A stretch of 41,543 nt of DNA from Deltaproteobacteria bacterium (lineage in GTDB: Bacteria > Desulfobacterota > Deferrimicrobia > Deferrimicrobiales > Deferrimicrobiaceae): contig JAQBCN010000060.1 in assembly GCA_032125195.1 (NCBI GenBank), positions 1 through 41,543 of the forward strand, written 5' to 3'. The number at the start of each line of letters is the position of its first letter. The first letter of the stretch is position 1. A model generated the notes under the pieces. It was given only the letters and a program-made list of their open reading frames with translations, ran no database searches and had not been told where the DNA came from. The position numbers and the translations under genes are program-made. Shown piece by piece: positions 36,131-41,543 of this stretch.

Positions 36131-36535
36131 ATGGATCCATCGAAGATCATCGCCCGGTATCGCGACGGGAGAACGTTGAAGGGCACTTCGCAGAACTTCT
36201 TCCCCAACAAGCCGGTGTTCCACGTCACCCGCCAGGGGGGTACCGGCCCCGGAGACGTCGTAGAGGTGAACATCGAGCAACTGAAGGCGGTCTTCTTCGT
36301 CAAGGATTTCCTGGGGAACGCGAAGCATGTCGAAAGAAAGAAACTGGCCCCCGGAGATCGGCCGCAGGGGCGGCTGATGGAGGTCACCTGCAAGGACGGC
36401 GAGGTGATCGTGGGGACGACGACCGGGTACGACCCGAAGCGCCCGGGCTTTTTCCTGTTTCCGATCGACCCGACGGCCAACAACGTGCGGGTCTACGTGG
36501 TGGCCAGTTTCGTCCGGAGTGCCCGGTTCCTCTGA
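36131..36535 (+). CDS. Conserved hypothetical protein with duplicated beta-domain (possibly DUF6982-like)
   Basis: 134 aa with coding-like codon usage. Internal repeat KIIARYRDGRTLKG / LMEVTCKDGEVIVG, plus LKAVFFVKDF and GFFLFP. Family name recalled, not searched. Confidence 0.7.
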   Translation: MDPSKIIARYRDGRTLKGTSQNFFPNKPVFHVTRQGGTGPGDVVEVNIEQLKAVFFVKDFLGNAKHVERKKLAPGDRPQGRLMEVTCKDGEVIVGTTTGYDPKRPGFFLFPIDPTANNVRVYVVASFVRSARFL

Positions 36536-36689
36536 TTGTCCGGCTGACGACGCAAACCTGATTGCACTCCCGCACAATTCGCACTCCCGTGGTGTCATTA
36601 TATTCCCGGAGTGGTGTTAATATTGACAGGAATGGATATGTCGCGCCCCCGCCCCTCGGCGGGAGCGGGGGGGGAGAAGGTCCCGGCAT

Positions 36690-37940
36690 ATGCGCCCTGT
36701 TCTTCCCACGGTCCTGCGGGTCATTCTGCTCGCCTTCCTCGTGGTGGCTTCCTCCGCAATCCTCTACGCAACGGTGATGAACGAGCGCACGGTGGAATCC
36801 CTCGCCGACCGGTCGCTGGAGAGCATCGCCCTCGCCCTCTCCTCCGCCACGGAGAGCACCCTGCGCACCGGCAGGGGCGGGACGGACAACGAGGTACAGG
36901 GGATCCTCTCGGACCGGGTGGTGGCATACGCCCTGATCGCGGAGAGGGACGGGGCGATCCGGTTCCACACCAACCCGCGGATGGCGGGCGCCCGGCTACC
37001 GGTGGAGCCCGGCGAGTGGCTCCGGACCGGACTGCCCTCCGGGCGGAGGGTGGTACTTGGGACCGGATTGCCGGGGTACATGTACGACTATATCCTCCAC
37101 CCCCTCCACGGCGGCCCGGAACTGCTCCGGATCGTGCTCCACACGACGCCCGCGGACCGGATCCTTGCCGGCACGCGCAGGATGCGCTGGACGGTGGCGG
37201 CCGTCCTCCTCGTCCTCTGGACGGTGGGCGTCGCCCTGGACCGGACGGTTTCCCGCCAGCTGCGCCTCCAGGAAGAAGCGGAACGCCGGGAGCGGCTCGC
37301 GCTCATCGGCCAGATGACCGCCACCCTCGCCCACGAGATCCGCAACGCCCTGGGAAGCGTCAAGGGGTACGCCCAGTGGGTGAACGAGAAGGTGGAGCCG
37401 TCCGATCCGAAAAAACCGGGGCTGGAGAGCGTGCTGCGGTCGGCGGGGCGGATCGAGTCCCTCGTCAACGACCTTCTCACCTACTCCCGTCAGGAGACGT
37501 ACGACATTGCCCGCGTGGAGCTCGCTCCCCTCGTCCGCGAGACGGCGGCCACGGAGGCCGTTAGCTGGCCCGGGAAGGTCGAACTCGACGTCCCCCCCGG
37601 CGCAGTCGCCCTGGCCGATGCCGACAAGCTGGAGAGGGTGCTGCGGAACGCGGTCCGCAACGCGATCGAGTCGATGGGCAGGGAAGGGACGTTGCGGATC
37701 GAGGTCTGCAACACGGGGCGCTGGGCGGAAATTCGGGTCGGGGACACGGGGCGGGGGATCCCCGAGGGAGATCTTCCGAAACTGTTCACCCCGTTCCACA
37801 CGACCAAGGCCGACGGCACGGGACTGGGGCTCGGCTACTCGAAGAAGGTGATCGAGGGGATGAACGGGCGCATCGAGCTGTCGAACCGCGAAGGCGGAGG
37901 CGGGGCCGTTCTCGGCGTCCGCCTTCCCCGGGGAGGGTAG
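36690..37940 (+). CDS. Membrane sensor histidine kinase (ZraS/NtrB-like)
   Basis: Two TM helices flanking a periplasmic domain. H-box LAHEIRNAL, N-box NAVRNA, G1 DTGRGI, F-box LFTPF and G2 GTGLGL. Confidence 0.92.
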   Translation: MRPVLPTVLRVILLAFLVVASSAILYATVMNERTVESLADRSLESIALALSSATESTLRTGRGGTDNEVQGILSDRVVAYALIAERDGAIRFHTNPRMAGARLPVEPGEWLRTGLPSGRRVVLGTGLPGYMYDYILHPLHGGPELLRIVLHTTPADRILAGTRRMRWTVAAVLLVLWTVGVALDRTVSRQLRLQEEAERRERLALIGQMTATLAHEIRNALGSVKGYAQWVNEKVEPSDPKKPGLESVLRSAGRIESLVNDLLTYSRQETYDIARVELAPLVRETAATEAVSWPGKVELDVPPGAVALADADKLERVLRNAVRNAIESMGREGTLRIEVCNTGRWAEIRVGDTGRGIPEGDLPKLFTPFHTTKADGTGLGLGYSKKVIEGMNGRIELSNREGGGGAVLGVRLPRGG

Positions 37941-37946
37941 AAGGGT

Positions 37947-39299
37947 ATGCCGAGGAACATTCTGGTCGTCGACGACGACGAGATGATGCGATCCTTCTTC
38001 GCCGACATCCTGAAGGAGGAGGGGTACGTGGTGGAGACGGCTGTCCACGGGAAGGAGGGGCTCGAGGCGTTGAACCGGTCGGATTTCGACCTGATCCTCA
38101 CCGATCTCCGCATGCCCGACCTCTCCGGACTGGAGTTGATGCGGGAGGGAAGGAAGGTGCGGCCCGGGGCCCGCTGGGTCATCGTCACCGCCTACGGCTC
38201 CATCGGGAACGCCGTGGAGGCGATGCGGGCGGGGGCCTCGGACTACATCACGAAGCCCCTCCGGGACCCCGAGGAGCTTCGCCACGTGGTCCGGCGCGTC
38301 CTGCGCGAGGCCGAGGCGGAAACCCGGATCTCCCTGCTCTCCGAGGAGCTCGGGAAACAGTTCCCCCCGATGGACACGATCTTCCTCGGGGGAGCCATGG
38401 AGGGGGTGCACCGCCTGGTCCGCGAGGTCGCTCCGACGAACGCGACCGTCCTCGTTTCGGGACCGAGCGGTACAGGGAAGGAGCTGGTCGCCCGCGTGAT
38501 CCACAGCCTGAGCCCCCGGAGGGAGAGGCCCTTCGTGCCGGTGCAGTGCGCCGCGCTCCCAGAGACACTCCTGGAGAGCGAACTGTTCGGCCACGAGCGG
38601 GGGGCGTTCACCGGTGCGGTGGCGACCCGGAAGGGGCGATTTGAACTGGCCGACGGAGGCACGATCTTCCTGGACGAGATCGGGGAGGTGTCCCCCGGCA
38701 TCCAGGTGAAGCTTCTCCGGGTGCTGCAGGAGCGGTCGTTCGAACGGGTAGGCGGGATGAAGACGAACACGGTGGACGTTCGGGTCGTGGCGGCAACGAA
38801 CCGGGACCTGAAGGAGGAAGTCGCGGCGGGCCGCTTCCGCGAGGACCTCTTCTACCGGCTGAACGTCTTCCCGGTCGCGCTTCCCGATCTGGCCGCGCGG
38901 AAAGACGCCATCCTTCCACTCGCGGAGCATTTCGCGGCGAAGTTCGCCGCCGCATCCGGAAAGAAGGTCCCGGAGATCTCCGGGGCCGCGAAGGCCGCGC
39001 TCACCGCGTACCGGTGGCCGGGGAACATCCGGGAACTGCAGAACGTGATCGAGCGCGCCGTGATCCTCGCTCACGGGGAAATCGACGCCTCCCTCCTGAA
39101 CCTCGAGGGCGTCGCGGTCCGGGAGGGCGACATCCAGGGAGGCGGCATCGCTCCCGGGGAGGGGGCGCTCCAGGCCTCCGAGCGGGAGACGATCCGGAGG
39201 GTCCTCACCGAGGTCGGGGGGAACCGGAAACGGGCGGCGCAGACGCTGGGAATCTCCCTGAGGACGTTGCAATACCGGATAAAGGAGTACGATCTGTAA
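37947..39299 (+). CDS. Sigma-54-dependent response regulator (NtrC/ZraR family)
   Basis: Receiver domain (VVDDD, DLRMP), AAA+ motifs GPSGTGKE, ESELFGHERGAFTGA, FLDEIG and WPGNIREL, and a Fis-type HTH. Confidence 0.95.
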   Translation: MPRNILVVDDDEMMRSFFADILKEEGYVVETAVHGKEGLEALNRSDFDLILTDLRMPDLSGLELMREGRKVRPGARWVIVTAYGSIGNAVEAMRAGASDYITKPLRDPEELRHVVRRVLREAEAETRISLLSEELGKQFPPMDTIFLGGAMEGVHRLVREVAPTNATVLVSGPSGTGKELVARVIHSLSPRRERPFVPVQCAALPETLLESELFGHERGAFTGAVATRKGRFELADGGTIFLDEIGEVSPGIQVKLLRVLQERSFERVGGMKTNTVDVRVVAATNRDLKEEVAAGRFREDLFYRLNVFPVALPDLAARKDAILPLAEHFAAKFAAASGKKVPEISGAAKAALTAYRWPGNIRELQNVIERAVILAHGEIDASLLNLEGVAVREGDIQGGGIAPGEGALQASERETIRRVLTEVGGNRKRAAQTLGISLRTLQYRIKEYDL

Positions 39300-39301
39300 C
39301 G

Positions 39302-39337
39302 GTGCACGGTTTGCACGCCGGAGCGCAGGTTTTGCAC
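39302..39337 (+). promoter_or_regulatory. Tandem enhancer (UAS) sites for a sigma-54 activator
   Basis: GTGCA-CGGTT-TGCAC (39302-39316) and GCGCA-GGTTT-TGCAC (39323-39337) lie 21 bp apart (two helical turns), about 80-110 nt upstream of the -24 element. Confidence 0.7.
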
Positions 39338-39412
39338 TCCGGATGGGGGCGCCGAGGGGGGTGCGATCCGGATTTCCCATTGAAATCTGGCCATCACGCC
39401 GCATCCCCCGCC

Positions 39413-39428
39413 CGGCACGCCCATTGCT
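39413..39428 (+). promoter_or_regulatory. Sigma-54 (-24/-12) promoter
   Basis: CGGCACGCCCATTGCT: GG(39414-15)-N10-GC(39426-27), matching TGGCACG-N4-TTGC. Directly downstream of the activator gene and its tandem dyads. Confidence 0.8.
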
Positions 39429-39476
39429 CTTACCCTCGTCGGGAGAGGAGTCAACAACCTGAAGGAGGTAAGGGAG

Positions 39477-39893
39477 ATGAAAACGAAGCTCGGTGCGACG
39501 GTTCTGGCGGCGGCTTTCCTTGCCGCGCTCGTCATTCCAGGGACGGTCCTGGCGGGAGGCGGCGGGGGAGGCGGCGGCAAGGGCGGCGCCGGCGGTGCCG
39601 GCGGTGCCCAGATCCACACCCAGACCAAGGCCCAGATCCAGACCCAGACCAGGACCCAGACCCAGATGCAGAACCAGACCAAGACTCAGGCGCAGAGCCA
39701 GGCGCAGAAGGGGTCCGGCACGGGGCCCGCGGCGGCTGCCACGGAATCCGCGGTGAGCGCCACCAGTGAAGCGTCGGGGAAAGGAACCTTGAAGGGCAGT
39801 ACTTACGGTCCTGGCGACGGCACGGGGAATATCGCCACAGGGGCAGAGCCCCCGAAGGACGGAACGGGCTATGGAGCTCCGGCACAACGGTAG
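39477..39893 (+). CDS. Exported low-complexity Gly-rich / (Gln-X)n protein with a duplicated DGTG motif
   Basis: SD AAGGAGG. Signal peptide MKTKLGATVLAAAFLAALVIPGTVLA, then a poly-Gly tract, a 33-aa alternating-Gln tract, and YGPGDGTG...PKDGTGYG. 138 aa. Confidence 0.8.
   Translation: MKTKLGATVLAAAFLAALVIPGTVLAGGGGGGGGKGGAGGAGGAQIHTQTKAQIQTQTRTQTQMQNQTKTQAQSQAQKGSGTGPAAAATESAVSATSEASGKGTLKGSTYGPGDGTGNIATGAEPPKDGTGYGAPAQR
39609..39707 (+). repeat. Degenerate 6-nt coding repeat (CAGACC-like) encoding (QT)n
   Basis: Period-6 repeat encoding QIHTQTKAQIQTQTRTQTQMQNQTKTQAQSQAQ. Confidence 0.85.
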
Positions 39894-39897
39894 GACG

Positions 39898-40452
39898 GTG
39901 AAAACCGGGCGCGGCAGGGCGGCGTTGTCCGCCCTGCTCCCCGGTTTTCTCTGCGTCCTGTTCCTCCTCCCCGCGGGCGGCACCGCGCTGGCGGCCGGGG
40001 ACGGGACGGTCCTGGAAGGGAGCGGGATCCTCTATCCCGGGGGGTTCGACCCCAACACGGTCGGGGAAGTGCGTGGAACGGCGCACGCCGTCGACAAGCC
40101 GGAGCGGGGGCCGATCCATTTCCGGCTCGATTCGGGGAAGGAGACGTACACGGTCCTCGTCTCCCCGTCGTGGTATTGGGAGGACCTCCGGACGGAGATC
40201 CCCGAAGGCGCGGAGGTGAGCGTCCGCGGCTCCAAGACGCTTGGCCGCGACATGGGGATGTACATCATCGCCCAGGAGATCCGCATCCTGTCCGCGGGAC
40301 GGTCGTGGACGTTCCGGGAGCCGGACGGGTTCCCTCTCTGGAAAGGCGGCCGGGGCGGGCCGCGGATTGGAGTGGGTGGAGGGTCCGGATCGCCGATGCT
40401 CCGGGGCGGCCCCGGCAGGGGGTCCGGCGGTGGAGGCGGAAAGGGCAGGTGA
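39898..40452 (+). CDS. Exported OB-fold-like protein with Gly/Arg-rich tail
   Basis: GTG 39898. Signal peptide ending ALA, then FDPNTV.EVRGT...IHFRL...TVLVSPSWYW...GAEVSVRGSK...GFPLW, and a GGRGG...GGGGGKGR tail. Confidence 0.7.
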   Translation: MKTGRGRAALSALLPGFLCVLFLLPAGGTALAAGDGTVLEGSGILYPGGFDPNTVGEVRGTAHAVDKPERGPIHFRLDSGKETYTVLVSPSWYWEDLRTEIPEGAEVSVRGSKTLGRDMGMYIIAQEIRILSAGRSWTFREPDGFPLWKGGRGGPRIGVGGGSGSPMLRGGPGRGSGGGGGKGR

Positions 40453-40480
40453 CGTTCGCGGGAGAAGAAAAGGGGGGACC

Positions 40481-41371
40481 ATGGCGCAATCCACGATCCG
40501 TTTGCTGTTGCCCGTCATCTTTGCGACCTTTCTGCTGTGGGGTGCGACGCCTGCGGGGGCCGGATGGGAGGCGGGGGCGAAGGCGGGATACGACTCCAAC
40601 CTGAGCCGGTCGATCGACGAAGGGGAAGGGAGCTCGTACCTGTCGGTGCAGGGCGGATACGTGAAGGGCCACTCCGGGGAATCCCGGATGGACTGGACGA
40701 TGGGGTTCTTCGTCGAAGGGGCCTTCTACCCCTCCTTAGAGGACATCGACTACGCGGCGGCGACGTTTTCCCCGGGCCTGGCGTACATCTTCCACCCGGG
40801 GTGGACGCTGGCCGTCACGCCGTTTTTGCAGGGGAAGGTGGTCCAGGATTCGGACCAGTCCGCCGTCGCGTTCGGGGTGCGGGTCGATTTCCTCCAGAAA
40901 CCCGGGGGAAAGGTGTACCTCGGCGAATATTACGCCTACACGGACAGCCGCGCCAGCAACGACGTCTACTCGTACAGGGAGAACGCCGTGGGGGCGTACC
41001 TCGGGATGCGCTGGTCCCCGGGATTCTTCACCGAGGTCGGGTATGAATTCTCCCGAGGGGACTCGTTTCTCTCCACCAAGATCCCCGGGCTCCCGGCGGG
41101 GGGCGGAGGCGGAGGGGGCGGTGGAGCGGGGGGCGGAGGAGCGGGAGGCGGCGGAGCGGGGAACGGAGGAGGCGGACCGATATATTCGCCGGCGTTCGAC
41201 TCCATCGTGTTCAAGGAAACGGTGGACTCCCATTCCGTGCCGGTCACGGTCGGTTTCGACTGGACGGCACGGTGGTTCTCGACCGTGAACTACACGTACA
41301 GGACGTGGTCCGCAGAATCCGCGGAGGCGACCGACCATTCGGGGTACGCGGGAATCGGCTACCGGTTCTGA
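40481..41371 (+). CDS. Probable outer-membrane beta-barrel protein with a poly-Gly loop
   Basis: Signal peptide ending AGA. N-terminal GYDSN motif, alternating aromatic/hydrophobic strands and a C-terminal beta-signal YAGIGYRF. 296 aa. Confidence 0.8.
   Translation: MAQSTIRLLLPVIFATFLLWGATPAGAGWEAGAKAGYDSNLSRSIDEGEGSSYLSVQGGYVKGHSGESRMDWTMGFFVEGAFYPSLEDIDYAAATFSPGLAYIFHPGWTLAVTPFLQGKVVQDSDQSAVAFGVRVDFLQKPGGKVYLGEYYAYTDSRASNDVYSYRENAVGAYLGMRWSPGFFTEVGYEFSRGDSFLSTKIPGLPAGGGGGGGGGAGGGGAGGGGAGNGGGGPIYSPAFDSIVFKETVDSHSVPVTVGFDWTARWFSTVNYTYRTWSAESAEATDHSGYAGIGYRF
41096..41176 (+). repeat. Poly-glycine coding tract inside the beta-barrel gene
   Basis: Encodes AGGGGGGGGGAGGGGAGGGGAGNGGGG using mixed GGN codons. 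Confidence 0.85.
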
Positions 41372-41402
41372 ATCCCCGAAGGGCGAGGAAGGAGTGGGAT
41401 CC

Positions 41403-41543
41403 ATGGAAGGGGCGGCGCTTCGAATCGACGATCGGACGTTCTCTCTCGGCCCTTGCCCCTGCTGCGGCAAGGTCGAGCCCGGGCTGGAAGCGTTGGAGCC
41501 GTACGGCGTCATACAGGATCGGATGGGGGCGGCGATCCTGATC
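41403..41543 (+). CDS. 5' part of a hypothetical protein with a CPCC motif (partial; runs off the window)
   Basis: AAGGAG upstream of ATG 41403. Reads MEGAALRIDDRTFSLGPCPCCGKVEPGLEALEPYGVIQDRMGAAILI, open to the window end. Confidence 0.45.
   Translation, partial: MEGAALRIDDRTFSLGPCPCCGKVEPGLEALEPYGVIQDRMGAAILI

Noticed and set aside
39609-39707. Short-period repeats as a CRISPR array or non-coding VNTR
   Set aside because: Period is 6 nt, degenerate, in frame within a signal-peptide ORF, with no spacers and no cas genes.
1-41543. tRNA-Sec/selABD, other RNA genes, transposases, integrases or prophage genes
   Set aside because: None recognised. Intergenic gaps are short and show no cloverleaf or terminal inverted repeats. 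The Sec machinery must lie outside this window if the selenoprotein calls are right.

Overview
GC-rich, densely coding bacterial chromosome segment. Gene content resembles Desulfobacterota/deltaproteobacteria; that taxonomic call is inference. In order: the end of an outer-membrane efflux gene; an epmA-MFS pair; pxpBCA with a Liv-type ABC transporter and a D-glutamate cyclase-like gene; a MauG/MbnH-like di-haem protein with a DsbA-like partner; a formate dehydrogenase operon (fdnGHI-fdhE-fdhD/mobA); an enoyl-CoA hydratase; leuCD-aguBA followed by a secreted OB-fold protein, a 42-aa Zn-ribbon microprotein and a B12-radical SAM gene; a PrdB/GrdB-like gene with serA and an ADP-forming acyl-CoA ligase; a USP; an RND pump; and a sigma-54 two-component system upstream of Gly/Gln-Thr-rich exported proteins and a beta-barrel. 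The main hidden signal is three genes that the ORF track splits at an in-frame TGA lying at the catalytic Cys position. Each TGA is followed 10-15 nt later by an 8-bp stem with a 3-nt G-starting loop (SECIS-like). This gives three probable selenoproteins: FdnG (well known), an exported UxxC DsbA-like protein coupled to an atypical MauG-like enzyme, and an orphan UxxC PrdB-like protein. No rRNA, tRNA, CRISPR array or mobile element was recognised. All assignments come from reading motifs by eye; no database searches were run.
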